Positions 28,130 through 37,730 of a stretch of DNA of 64,000 nt are shown here, one piece after another. Each line of letters begins with the position of its first letter. Positions within the stretch are counted from its first letter, which is position 1. Position numbers and translations under genes: made by a program. The DNA comes from a virus. Its lineage: Duplodnaviria; Caudoviricetes. Below the pieces are notes generated by a model. That model did not search any database. It saw only the letters and a list, made by a program, of their open reading frames with translations, and was not told where the DNA came from. Location of the stretch: the IMG/VR virus record IMGVR_UViG_3300025889_000071. One strand, 5' to 3'.

Positions 28130-28984
28130 TGTGAGTTTCTAGGGTCTGTTGATACACTTATTGCTCCTAGCAAATTGAGAAGTTTAATTTATGATCATCC
28201 TAAAGTAAGAAATAAAGGTCTTGATGTTTATGAAGACCCCAAAAATGACCACGACTATTTGATGACAGTTGATGTTGCTAGAGGAGTGAGTGAGGATTAC
28301 TCTGCATTCGTAGTTACTGACATAACAGAATTTCCACATAAAGTAGTTGCAAAGTATAGAAATAATGAAATCAAACCAATGCTATTTCCGAATATCATAT
28401 ATGAAGTAGCAAAAAATTATAATGGAGCCTATATTCTTTGTGAGGTAAATGATATTGGAGATCAGGTTGCAAGTATTCTTCAATATGATTTAGAGTATCA
28501 AAATCTTCTCATGTGCTCAATGAGAGGAAGAGCTGGTCAAATTGTTGGTCAAGGATTTTCTGGAAAGAAAACTCAACTGGGAGTTAAGATGTCCAAGACC
28601 GTAAAGAAGGTTGGGTCATTAAACCTCAAGACAATGATTGAGGAGGATAAATTAATCTTCAATGACTATGAAATTATTTCGGAACTTACAACTTTTATCT
28701 CAAAACATAACTCATTTGAGGCTGAAGAAGGGTGTAATGATGACCTTGCAATGTGTCTTGTTATCTATGCATGGTTGGTAGCACAAGACTACTTTAAGGA
28801 ACTTACTGATCAAGATGTTCGTAAGAGATTATATGAGGAGCAGAGAAATCAAATTGAACAAGACATGGCACCATTTGGGTTTATATCTGATGGTCTAGAT
28901 TCAAATTCATTTGTGGATGCTGAAGGTGATCGATGGTACACTGATGAATATGGTGATCGTTCATATATGTGGGATTACCTTTAA
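27821..28984 (+). CDS. gp17: Split-intein C fragment fused to gp17 C-terminal nuclease domain
   Basis: IKCSDNH (block B), LYDLLDV...YFSNGIISHN followed by CEFLGSVDTLI; nuclease DVARG, EVND, DDLAM. Confidence 0.95.
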   Translation: MFKLNKNIKVKTPSGFKYFSGIQKVYKPFYHWIIFDDGTEIKCSDNHSFGKEQIKASMIKVDDFFQGKKVVYNEIVEEEIYLYDLLDVGEDNLYFSNGIISHNCEFLGSVDTLIAPSKLRSLIYDHPKVRNKGLDVYEDPKNDHDYLMTVDVARGVSEDYSAFVVTDITEFPHKVVAKYRNNEIKPMLFPNIIYEVAKNYNGAYILCEVNDIGDQVASILQYDLEYQNLLMCSMRGRAGQIVGQGFSGKKTQLGVKMSKTVKKVGSLNLKTMIEEDKLIFNDYEIISELTTFISKHNSFEAEEGCNDDLAMCLVIYAWLVAQDYFKELTDQDVRKRLYEEQRNQIEQDMAPFGFISDGLDSNSFVDAEGDRWYTDEYGDRSYMWDYL

Positions 28985-29220
28985 TGGATTTAGATGGTCA
29001 AATAAAACTTGGTCATTTACTTTTAAATGATAGGAGATGTAGAATATGTGGAGAAACTAAAAATTTAATAGAGTCATTTTATAGAACCAGAAAAGATAGA
29101 GGAGCTGTAGCATCGTCATATTCATATGAATGTAAAGACTGCACAAAGCAAAGAATAAAGAAACAGAGAAAAAAAATTAACTCAATATCTAAAATTAAAG
29201 ACGTATATCCCGATTGGTAG
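28984..29220 (+). CDS. Small CxxC...CxxC zinc-finger-like hypothetical protein
   Basis: CRIC...CKDC; TAATG overlap with the gp17C stop. Confidence 0.65.
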   Translation: MDLDGQIKLGHLLLNDRRCRICGETKNLIESFYRTRKDRGAVASSYSYECKDCTKQRIKKQRKKINSISKIKDVYPDW

Positions 29221-29260
29221 CGTTCACGTCGAACTTCCCCAGTGTAAATTTGCTTTTTAA

Positions 29261-29266
29261 TAAATA
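29261..29266 (+). promoter_or_regulatory. Late promoter TAAATA
   Basis: Upstream of gp18. Confidence 0.7.
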
Positions 29267-29301
29267 TTTTTTAGATAAACTGAAAAAATACGGAGAGAAA
29301 A

Positions 29302-31521
29302 ATGGCAACTCCTCAATTATCTCCCGGAGTACTTACGAGAGAGGTTGACTTAACAGTAGGAAGAGTTGATAATGTTTTAGATAATATTGGTGCTATTGCA
29401 GGTCCTTTCCCTATTGGTCCAGTCGATTTTCCTATCGATATTGCTACGGAACAAGACTTAATCAATGTTTTTGGAAAACCTCTTTCAACAGATGCTCAAT
29501 ATGAATACTGGATGAGTGCATCCTCATTCTTGTCATATGGAGGAGTTCTGAAAGTTGTAAGATGTGGAGATGAAGACCTCAACAATGCAAATGCCGGTGT
29601 TGGAATTGCATCCACTAATGCACTTCAAGTTCTTAACTATGATGACTACAGTGCAAATCACTATGAGGCAACTAATTTTACATATGCTGCAAAAAATCCA
29701 GGTTCATGGGCGAATGGATTAAAAGTTTGCACAATTGATGACTTTGCAGACCAAACTATTGGAATTAGCACTGTAAGTCCGCTACTTGCCGGTGCTCAAA
29801 TTGGATATGGTGTTACCGCAGGTATTTCAACTACTCTTGCTGGAGTTGGTACAGAATCTACGCTTGGTGGTTACCTCAAAGGAATTATCGTAGGAGTTAC
29901 CACAGATGGTACAAATGGCAATTCAACGATTGATGTAAAGATTGTTTCAAGAGTTTCTGCTGGTGGAACTGAAACAGCAATAACATATGCAGAAGGTTCT
30001 CCGACCAGATCTTTTGATACTTCGGATGAATTGTATTTTGTTAATAATTCTGGTATTAATACTGGATTATCTGCGGATGTTGGAGCATACACACCAGCTA
30101 CTTCTGTTGATTGGTATGATCAACAAGTCTTGACTTTAGAAAATGCCACGATTTTCTGGAAAACTATTGCACCAAGACCAATAACCAATCAATATGTATT
30201 GGATAGAAATGGTAAAGGTGATGGATTACACCTTGCAGTTGTTGATGACTATGGACTAGTTACCGGCAATCAAGGAACACTTATTGAAAAGCATGTTGGC
30301 CTTTCAAAAGCACTTGATGCGGTTTCAACAGTAAATGCACCACAAAAAATATATTACAAGCAGTATATTGCAGATTTCTCTGCCAATGTTTATGCTGGAT
30401 ATAATCCATCACAAGCAGAAGATACATATCATGGTACTGCACCAAGAGCTGTTGGATTCTCTACAGATTTTACTGCAGTAACAACAGGAAATGGTTTGTG
30501 GGGACAAACAGCACAAGATATAACATTCTCTGCAATTGGAAATGTAACATACTCTCTTGCTGGTGGTGAAGATTATTCTTCCGGTGTTCCTGAATCTGGA
30601 TCAAATGGTAGAATGAAGGCAGATTTGGGCCAATTAATGTCTGCTTATCGTCTTTTCAGTAATAGAGACGAAATTGCGGCGGATTATTTAATCATGGGTC
30701 CTGGAGGTTCTACTGTATTTGAATCACAAGCAAAAGCAAATCAACTTATCTCTATTGCAGAAGAAAGAAAGGATTGTATAGCAGTCATTGGTCCTCACAG
30801 AACAGATCTTGTTGGCCAAACAAACACAACGACTCAAACTAATAATCTTATCAGATACTTTGGTGATATAAATTCTTCATCATATGCAGTATTTGATAGT
30901 GGTTATAAGTACACATATGATAGATTCAATAATGAGTTTAGATACATTCCAGTCAATGCTGATATTGCTGGTTTAATGTGCCGCACAAATATTACGGCAT
31001 ATCCTTGGTTCTCTCCTGCTGGACAGCAAAGAGGCATTATTAATAATGCCATTAAACTTGCATATAATCCAAATAAAGCACAAAGAGATCAACTTTATCC
31101 TAAGAGAGTTAACTCCATTATCACCAAACCTGGTGTAGGAACAATGCTTTTTGGAGATAAAACTGCTCTTGGTTATGCTTCTGCTTTTGATAAAATTAAT
31201 GTTCGTCGTCTTTTCATCACAGTTGAACAGGCACTTCAAAGAGCTGCTGAAGCACAGTTATTCGAACTTAATGATGAACTGACAAGAGCTAACTTCAGAA
31301 ATATCATTGAACCTTATCTCAGAGATATTGAAGCTAAGAGAGGAATTTATGGATTCCTTGTTGTATGTGATACAACAAACAATACTCCAGATGTCATTGA
31401 TAACAATGAATTTAGAGCAGACATCTTTCTGAAACCTGCCAAGTCTATTAATTATGTAACACTCACTTTTGTTGCAACTCGCACAGGAGTAAGTTTTGAA
31501 GAAGTAGCAGGTAGAGTTTGA
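29302..31521 (+). CDS. gp18: Tail sheath protein gp18
   Basis: QLSPGVLTREVDLT, PWFSPAG, INVRRLFI, FRADIFLKPAKSINY. Confidence 0.97.
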   Translation: MATPQLSPGVLTREVDLTVGRVDNVLDNIGAIAGPFPIGPVDFPIDIATEQDLINVFGKPLSTDAQYEYWMSASSFLSYGGVLKVVRCGDEDLNNANAGVGIASTNALQVLNYDDYSANHYEATNFTYAAKNPGSWANGLKVCTIDDFADQTIGISTVSPLLAGAQIGYGVTAGISTTLAGVGTESTLGGYLKGIIVGVTTDGTNGNSTIDVKIVSRVSAGGTETAITYAEGSPTRSFDTSDELYFVNNSGINTGLSADVGAYTPATSVDWYDQQVLTLENATIFWKTIAPRPITNQYVLDRNGKGDGLHLAVVDDYGLVTGNQGTLIEKHVGLSKALDAVSTVNAPQKIYYKQYIADFSANVYAGYNPSQAEDTYHGTAPRAVGFSTDFTAVTTGNGLWGQTAQDITFSAIGNVTYSLAGGEDYSSGVPESGSNGRMKADLGQLMSAYRLFSNRDEIAADYLIMGPGGSTVFESQAKANQLISIAEERKDCIAVIGPHRTDLVGQTNTTTQTNNLIRYFGDINSSSYAVFDSGYKYTYDRFNNEFRYIPVNADIAGLMCRTNITAYPWFSPAGQQRGIINNAIKLAYNPNKAQRDQLYPKRVNSIITKPGVGTMLFGDKTALGYASAFDKINVRRLFITVEQALQRAAEAQLFELNDELTRANFRNIIEPYLRDIEAKRGIYGFLVVCDTTNNTPDVIDNNEFRADIFLKPAKSINYVTLTFVATRTGVSFEEVAGRV

Positions 31522-31531
31522 TAATATTATC

Positions 31532-31537
31532 TAAATA
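31532..31537 (+). promoter_or_regulatory. Late promoter TAAATA
   Basis: Upstream of gp19. Confidence 0.7.
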
Positions 31538-31556
31538 AAAAAAGGAGGAAAAATCA

Positions 31557-32156
31557 ATGGCAACTTCAAGACCCAATCAATCTATCTCTCAATTTAAATC
31601 GGCTCTAATTGGGGGTGGAGCCCGTCCAAATCTATTTGAAGTGGAATTGGCAACTTTCCCAGATGCTGCTGTAAATGCAGCCTGGGATCCAAACAACTTT
31701 AGATTTATGTGTAAAGCGGCAAATCTTCCTGCTTCGAATATTGCTTCAATCGATGTTCCATTTAGAGGAAGAATTTTCAAAGTTGCTGGAGACAGGACAA
31801 TTGATACTTGGACTGTAACAGTAATTAATGATGAGAATTTTGCTGTTAGAAATTCGTTTGAGCAATGGATGCAAGGTATTGCTAGATTGGAAAATAATCT
31901 AGGAGCAACAGATCCATCAGCATATATGGCAAATGCTAAAGTATTCCAACTTGGAAGAGGTCAAACCTCATCAAGTCGTGACAGTTCTGGAGAATCAAAT
32001 ACAGTATTAAAAGAGTATGAATTTATTGACATTTTCCCAACAAATATTTCTGCAATTGATCTTTCATACGATTCCACAGACACAATTGAAGAATTCACCG
32101 TAGAATTCCAAGTTCAGTCATTTAGTCTTGCTGGAGCAGGTAGCCCCAACGGTTAA
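31557..32156 (+). CDS. gp19: Tail tube protein gp19
   Basis: GGARPNLFEV, VPFRGR..KVAGDRT...WTVTVIND, FPTNISAIDLS. Confidence 0.97.
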   Translation: MATSRPNQSISQFKSALIGGGARPNLFEVELATFPDAAVNAAWDPNNFRFMCKAANLPASNIASIDVPFRGRIFKVAGDRTIDTWTVTVINDENFAVRNSFEQWMQGIARLENNLGATDPSAYMANAKVFQLGRGQTSSSRDSSGESNTVLKEYEFIDIFPTNISAIDLSYDSTDTIEEFTVEFQVQSFSLAGAGSPNG

Positions 32157-32162
32157 TAAATA
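32157..32162 (+). promoter_or_regulatory. Late promoter TAAATA
   Basis: Upstream of gp20. Confidence 0.7.
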
Positions 32163-32184
32163 AGTAAAAAGTTCAAAATAAATT

Positions 32185-33846
32185 ATGGCAAAACTGTTTG
32201 GGTTTTCGATAGAGGATACAGAACCTCTATCACCTTCATCGGTTTCCCCCGTTCCTCCAAATAACGAGGACGGGGTTGACCATTATATGAGCAGTGGATT
32301 TTTTGGATCCTATGTTGATATTGAAGGTGTATATAGAACCGAATATGATTTAATAAAAAGATATCGTGAAATGGCACTTCACCCAGAATGTGATAGTGCC
32401 ATTGAAGATATTGTAAATGAAGCTATTGTTTCTGATACTAATGATACTCCTGTTGAAATTGAACTTTCTAATTTAAATGCAAGTGATGGTATAAAGAATA
32501 AAATAAGAAAAGAATTCAAACATATTTTAAATCTTCTCGATTTTGATAAGAAATCTCACGAAATTTATAGGAATTGGTATATTGATGGTAGAATTTATTA
32601 TCATAAAATTATAGATTTAAAAAATCCTCACGAAGGAATACAAGAATTACGGTATATTGATGCAATGAAAATGCGTCATGTACGCCAATCTAAAAATACT
32701 GAAAAAGAAAATAGAAGTCCTATAAATCTGAGAAGCAATGATCCAATGGATTATAAGTTTCCAGAAATTGAAGAGTATTACATTTACAATCCAAAAGGAA
32801 CATATCCGACTGGAAATATGAATGCAACTGGCGCAAGTCAGGGAATCAAAATTGCAAAAGATGCAATCACGTATTGCACTTCTGGTCTTGTAGATAGAAA
32901 CAAAGGTTCGGTTCTTTCATATCTTCACAAATCCATCAAATCTCTCAATCAACTTCGAATGATTGAAGATTCTTTGGTAATCTACAGATTATCAAGAGCA
33001 CCAGAACGTAGAATTTTTTATATTGATGTTGGCAATTTACCTAAAGTAAAGGCAGAACAATATCTTCGCGATGTCATGATGAGATATCGCAACAAACTTG
33101 TATATGATGCAAACACTGGAGAGATTCGCGATGACAAAAAATATATGGCAATGCTCGAAGATTTTTGGCTTCCTAGAAGAGAAGGAGGAAGGGGAACAGA
33201 AATCTCAACTCTGCCAGGAGGCCAAAACCTTGGAGAAATTACTGATATTGAATACTTTAAGAAAAAATTATTCAGGTCCCTTAATGTTCCCCCATCAAGA
33301 ATGGATGGAGAAGGTGGGTTTAACTTGGGGAGATCTTCTGAAATCTTAAGAGATGAACTCAAATTTACAAAATTTGTTGGAAGATTGAGAAAGAGATTCT
33401 CAAATATGTTTAATGATATGTTGAGAACTCAATTGATTCTCAAAAATATTATTACTCCAGAAGATTGGGAGGTTATGAGTGAGCACATTCAATATGATTT
33501 CCTTTATGATAATCACTTCTCCGAATTAAAAGAAGCTGAGATTATGAATGAAAGATTGGGTATGGTTGCAACCGCAGAACCATATGTTGGTAAGTATTTC
33601 TCTCAAGATTATGTAAGAAGAAAGATTCTTCGTCAAACAGACATTGAAATTTTAGAGCAAGATAAATTAATTGAAAAAGAAATCAAAGATGGAATTATTC
33701 CAGATCCAAGTATTCCAATTGATCCACAAACAGGTGCTCCATTAGATTCTAATGCATCAATGGATTTGGGACAACCTGTAATGGAACCGGAAATTGATGC
33801 ATCGTCAGTGGAAGCTCCTGAAATGCCCAAGGGCGGGGAAATATAA
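32185..33846 (+). CDS. gp20: Portal vertex protein gp20
   Basis: YRLSRAPERRIFYIDVGNLPK, EDFWLPRREGGRGTEISTLPGGQN. Confidence 0.98.
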   Translation: MAKLFGFSIEDTEPLSPSSVSPVPPNNEDGVDHYMSSGFFGSYVDIEGVYRTEYDLIKRYREMALHPECDSAIEDIVNEAIVSDTNDTPVEIELSNLNASDGIKNKIRKEFKHILNLLDFDKKSHEIYRNWYIDGRIYYHKIIDLKNPHEGIQELRYIDAMKMRHVRQSKNTEKENRSPINLRSNDPMDYKFPEIEEYYIYNPKGTYPTGNMNATGASQGIKIAKDAITYCTSGLVDRNKGSVLSYLHKSIKSLNQLRMIEDSLVIYRLSRAPERRIFYIDVGNLPKVKAEQYLRDVMMRYRNKLVYDANTGEIRDDKKYMAMLEDFWLPRREGGRGTEISTLPGGQNLGEITDIEYFKKKLFRSLNVPPSRMDGEGGFNLGRSSEILRDELKFTKFVGRLRKRFSNMFNDMLRTQLILKNIITPEDWEVMSEHIQYDFLYDNHFSELKEAEIMNERLGMVATAEPYVGKYFSQDYVRRKILRQTDIEILEQDKLIEKEIKDGIIPDPSIPIDPQTGAPLDSNASMDLGQPVMEPEIDASSVEAPEMPKGGEI

Positions 33847-33849
33847 ATA
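33842..33849 (+). promoter_or_regulatory. Late promoter TATAAATA
   Basis: Exact consensus before the small acidic ORF. Confidence 0.75.
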
Positions 33850-33871
33850 CTACTAGTTTTTATTAAACAAT

Positions 33872-34042
33872 ATGGATGATCTTTTAGATTTAATTGCTTC
33901 TGGTGAAAAACAATCTGATGTGAGTTCTGCTATCAAAGATATTTTATATACAAAAGCAGCAGCAAAAGTCGATTCTATCAGACCTGATGTTGCAAATTCT
34001 TTTTTTGATAATGTAGAAACAGAATCGGAAGCAGAAGAATAA
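33872..34042 (+). CDS. Small acidic prohead core protein (gp67-like), not in the ORF track
   Basis: 56 aa MDDLLDLIASGEK...ETESEAEE; located after gp20 behind a late promoter. Confidence 0.65.
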   Translation: MDDLLDLIASGEKQSDVSSAIKDILYTKAAAKVDSIRPDVANSFFDNVETESEAEE

Positions 34043-34073
34043 TAAATAACTATTAAATGAATTTCTAAAAAAA

Positions 34074-34343
34074 ATGGCAAGAATATTAGTCTCTGCTGCT
34101 GAAGTAGATATCACAGCAGGTGTTGCAAATTCTACCACTGTGAATAATGCCAGATTCGTAAGAATTTATAATAATTCTGGAGGTGTGGCAACTTTGTATG
34201 TTCAAGATGCAGGTTATAATGGAATTGGTTCTGTTTCCATTAAAGATGGTGCAGTTGAAGTAATTGAAAAGCATCAAGAAGATACAATTTATTTTGATGG
34301 AAGTGGGACAATTAAAGCAGCAAGAATAGGTATCACCGCATAA
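34074..34343 (+). CDS. Hypothetical head-region protein
   Basis: Late promoter TAAATA at 34043-34048; lies between portal and protease genes. Confidence 0.7.
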   Translation: MARILVSAAEVDITAGVANSTTVNNARFVRIYNNSGGVATLYVQDAGYNGIGSVSIKDGAVEVIEKHQEDTIYFDGSGTIKAARIGITA

Positions 34344-34349
34344 AAATCA

Positions 34350-35000
34350 ATGAAACTAATCAGAGAAGAAATCGAAAAGGTTGAAGTTGTTACTGAGAGT
34401 GTGAATGGTAAAAAGACCTTGTTTATTCAAGGACCCTTTTTACAGACCGAAAAAGAAAATAGAAATCACAGAGTTTATCGTAGACCTGTGATGGAACGTG
34501 AGGTAAAAAGATATACCGAATCTTATATTAATAAAGGTCGTGCTCTTGGTGAATTAGGCCATCCCGATGGTCCAACTATCAATCTTGATCGGGTTTCTCA
34601 TAAAATTGTTTCTCTTGAGCAAAAGGGAAATGATTTTCATGGGAAAGCACAAATCCTTTCAACACCAATGGGAAAGATTGCAGAATCTCTTCTTAAAGAA
34701 GGTGTGACACTTGGAGTTTCTTCTCGTGGAATTGGTTCTTTAAAAATGTCCAAAGAAGGATGGTCTGAAGTTGGTGAAGATTTTATGTTAGCAACTGCTG
34801 CTGATATTGTTGCCGATCCTTCTGCACCCGATGCATTTGTTTCGGGAATTATGGAAGGAAAAGAGTGGGTTTGGGAAGGTGGAATTCTTCGTGAACAACT
34901 CGCAGAAAAAACTTACAAGAGAATTAATACACTTGTAGACCAGAAAATACTTGAGGAACATAAATTGGATTTGTTTAACAATTTCCTAAATAGTCTTTGA
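34350..35000 (+). CDS. gp21: Prohead protease gp21
   Basis: ALGELGHPDGP, GVSSRGIGS, ADIVADPSAPDAFV. Confidence 0.97.
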   Translation: MKLIREEIEKVEVVTESVNGKKTLFIQGPFLQTEKENRNHRVYRRPVMEREVKRYTESYINKGRALGELGHPDGPTINLDRVSHKIVSLEQKGNDFHGKAQILSTPMGKIAESLLKEGVTLGVSSRGIGSLKMSKEGWSEVGEDFMLATAADIVADPSAPDAFVSGIMEGKEWVWEGGILREQLAEKTYKRINTLVDQKILEEHKLDLFNNFLNSL

Positions 35001-35021
35001 CTATACATAAAATAATTTAAT

Positions 35022-35033
35022 TATAAATAAATA
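35022..35033 (+). promoter_or_regulatory. Tandem late promoters TATAAATA/TAAATA
   Basis: Upstream of gp22. Confidence 0.75.
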
Positions 35034-35068
35034 TAGATTTAAAAAAATCAGGTAAACGGAGAGTTCAA

Positions 35069-36172
35069 ATGTCTAGTGACAACAATTTACAAGAGATGGA
35101 GGTAAAGACACAGCAATCCAAAACCGCTGTAAATGCCGGTGCTAAAGCTGGCGATGCAATGGATACATCGGTTGCTGGTTCTGTAGAGGATCTTGGCGGT
35201 CCAACTCCAGAAAACTACAAGCCCGATGACGATTCGGCAAAACTTAAGGAACCTTCACTTGCAACAGTTAAAGATGTTGTAAACAAGGGTGCCAAGCCTG
35301 CAATGGCAAAAGAGGAAGTTGAAGAAGAGGAAGAAGTAGTGTCCGAAGAAGAAACTTCCGAAGAAGAAGTTGTTGCAGAACAAGAAACTTCTGAAGAGGA
35401 AGAAGTAGTGTCCGAAGAAGAAACTTCCGAAGAAGAAGTTGTTGCCGAGTATGATATCGAAGAAGATGTAAATGCTCTCTTCGGTGAAGAAGAACTCTCC
35501 GAAGAATTCAAAGAGAAAGCAGCAACAATCTTTGAGGCTGCTATTAACTCGAAGGTTTCTAAAATCCAAGAGGATCTCGAAACTGCATATGCAGCAACAC
35601 TTGCTGAAGAAGTAGCAGAAATTAAATTAGAACTTACAGAAAGAATGGATTCATATCTTGAGTATGTTGCTCAAGAATGGATTCAAGAAAATGCCCTTGC
35701 AGTTGAGCAAGGACTTAAGACCGAAATGACTGAGAGCTTCCTCTCGGGCATGAAGGAACTTTTTGAAGCACATTATGTATCAATCCCTGAAGATAAGTAT
35801 GATGTTGTCAATAACATGGTAGAAAAACTTGATGAAATGGAAGCAAAACTCAATGAGCAAATAGAGAAAAATATCCATTTAAACAAGCGTCTCGCAGAGT
35901 CGGTTGCAGATGGAATTTTTGATGAAATTTCTGAGGGGCTTGCTGCTACTCAGAAAGAGAAGCTCGCTTCACTTGCCGAAAGTGTTGAGTTTGGATGTGA
36001 AGAAGAATATCGTGAAAAACTGGAGACCTTAAAGGAAGCATATTTCCCATCAAAGGTATCATCTCCAACTGCTAAGAAAGAAAATCTTTCAGAAGGTGTT
36101 GATAGTTCGCCCGAATCAATTTCAGGTTCTATGAGTGCTTATCTGAATACACTTTCTAAATTTAGCAAATAA
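35069..36172 (+). CDS. gp22: Prohead core scaffold gp22
   Basis: Glu-rich; IFEAA, DSYLEYV..EW..EN; position between gp21 and gp23. Confidence 0.93.
   Translation: MSSDNNLQEMEVKTQQSKTAVNAGAKAGDAMDTSVAGSVEDLGGPTPENYKPDDDSAKLKEPSLATVKDVVNKGAKPAMAKEEVEEEEEVVSEEETSEEEVVAEQETSEEEEVVSEEETSEEEVVAEYDIEEDVNALFGEEELSEEFKEKAATIFEAAINSKVSKIQEDLETAYAATLAEEVAEIKLELTERMDSYLEYVAQEWIQENALAVEQGLKTEMTESFLSGMKELFEAHYVSIPEDKYDVVNNMVEKLDEMEAKLNEQIEKNIHLNKRLAESVADGIFDEISEGLAATQKEKLASLAESVEFGCEEEYREKLETLKEAYFPSKVSSPTAKKENLSEGVDSSPESISGSMSAYLNTLSKFSK
35324..35445 (+). repeat. 53-nt exact direct repeat with 69-nt period inside gp22
   Basis: gaagaggaagaagtagtgtccgaagaagaaacttccgaagaagaagttgttgc at 35324 and 35393. Confidence 0.85.
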
Positions 36173-36225
36173 TTGAATTCAATATAATTCAAACAAAAAC
36201 CCGTAAACTTATTAGGTAAAAGCAA

Positions 36226-37650
36226 ATGTTCCAATCAGAGCAATTGCAGGAAAAGTGGGCACCTCTCCTCGATCATGAGGGAGGAATCAAAGATTCCCAT
36301 CGTAGAGCTGTAACAGCCGTCCTGCTCGAAAACCAAGAAAAATTCCTTCGTGAGCAAACTGCATTCAACAATGGTTCAATGCAGAACCTCATGGAAACCC
36401 CAACAAACAGTGGTAATGCTGCTGGTGGTTCTGGTGCCTTCGGTGCCGATTCTGCCGCTGCTGGTCCTACCGCTGGTTTTGACCCCGTTCTGATCTCTCT
36501 GATCAGACGTTCAATGCCTAACCTGATCGCTTATGATCTGGCTGGCGTTCAACCAATGAGTGGTCCTACTGGACTTATCTTTGCAATGCGTTCCCGCTAT
36601 GCAAATCAAAGCGGAACCGAAGCATTCTACAACGAGCCTAATTCTGCATTCTCTGGTCAAGATGCTGGCAACGATGAGTATGCTGGTCATTCTGACAGTC
36701 TTGCTGGTATGGGTACTACCACCCAGTCCGGCACTAACCCTGCTGTTCTGAACCCTGTTGGTAGTGCTTCCTCAACCGCATATGATGTCGGTCAGGGAAT
36801 GGTCACTGGTGATGCCGAGAACCTCGACGGCACTGGTGCAGATGCATTCAACGAAATGGCTTTCTCGATCGAGAAAGTTACCGTTACTGCGAAGTCAAGA
36901 GCACTGAAGGCCGAGTATTCACTCGAACTCGCTCAAGACCTCAAGGCAATCCACGGTCTGAATGCTGAAGCAGAATTGGCAAACATTCTCTCCACAGAGA
37001 TTCTTGCTGAAATCAACCGCGAAGTCATCAGAACCATCTATAAGGTCGCTGAGCAAGGTGCTGTTGCTAACACCGCTACTGCTGGCGTATTCGACCTCGA
37101 CATCGACTCCAACGGTCGCTGGTCTGTTGAGAAGTTCAAGGGTCTCCTGTTCCAAATCGAGCGTGATGCTAACGCAATCGCACAAAGAACTCGTCGCGGA
37201 AAGGGCAACATCATCATGTGCTCTGCAGACGTTGCTTCTGCACTGACCATGGCTGGTGTTCTCGACTACACCCCTGCACTCAACGCTAACCTCAACGTTG
37301 ATGACACTGGTAACACCTTCGCTGGTGTTCTCCAAGGTAAGTATCGTGTTTATATCGATCCTTATTCCTCCAACCTCACCTCTGCTAACGCATCGAACGG
37401 CAATCAGTATTACGTCGTCGGTTATAAGGGTTCTTCACCTTATGACGCCGGTCTGTTCTATTGCCCATATGTACCTCTGCAGATGGTACGTGCCGTTGGT
37501 GAGAACTCCTTCCAGCCAAAAATCGGATTTAAGACTCGCTACGGCATGGTCGCTAATCCATTCGCAGAAGGAATCAACCAAGGCCTTGGTGGTCTTAATG
37601 TTAACCAGAACCGCTACTATCGTCGCGTTGCTGTTAAGAACCTCATGTGA
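36226..37650 (+). CDS. gp23: Major capsid protein gp23
   Basis: GVQPMSGPTGLIFAMR, KSRALKAEYSLELAQDLKAIHG, FQPKIGFKTRYG. Confidence 0.99.
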   Translation: MFQSEQLQEKWAPLLDHEGGIKDSHRRAVTAVLLENQEKFLREQTAFNNGSMQNLMETPTNSGNAAGGSGAFGADSAAAGPTAGFDPVLISLIRRSMPNLIAYDLAGVQPMSGPTGLIFAMRSRYANQSGTEAFYNEPNSAFSGQDAGNDEYAGHSDSLAGMGTTTQSGTNPAVLNPVGSASSTAYDVGQGMVTGDAENLDGTGADAFNEMAFSIEKVTVTAKSRALKAEYSLELAQDLKAIHGLNAEAELANILSTEILAEINREVIRTIYKVAEQGAVANTATAGVFDLDIDSNGRWSVEKFKGLLFQIERDANAIAQRTRRGKGNIIMCSADVASALTMAGVLDYTPALNANLNVDDTGNTFAGVLQGKYRVYIDPYSSNLTSANASNGNQYYVVGYKGSSPYDAGLFYCPYVPLQMVRAVGENSFQPKIGFKTRYGMVANPFAEGINQGLGGLNVNQNRYYRRVAVKNLM

Positions 37651-37672
37651 TCCATACTCACAAGAGTTTATC

Positions 37673-37700
37673 AGAGAGTCCTTCGGGACTCTCTTTTTTT
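37673..37700 (+). terminator. Rho-independent terminator with cUUCGg tetraloop
   Basis: agagagtcc-ttcg-ggactctct followed by a T-tract. Confidence 0.92.
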
Positions 37701-37703
37701 ATC

Positions 37704-37709
37704 TAAATA
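37704..37709 (+). promoter_or_regulatory. Late promoter TAAATA
   Basis: Upstream of gp3. Confidence 0.65.
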
Positions 37710-37730
37710 TTTCAATAGTGCAGTTCCATA

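Noticed and set aside
36919-37335. Antisense and alternative-frame ORFs within gp23, gp22, cobS-like and other core genes
   Set aside because: They overlap well-conserved + strand genes and reflect codon bias; no motifs or promoters support them.
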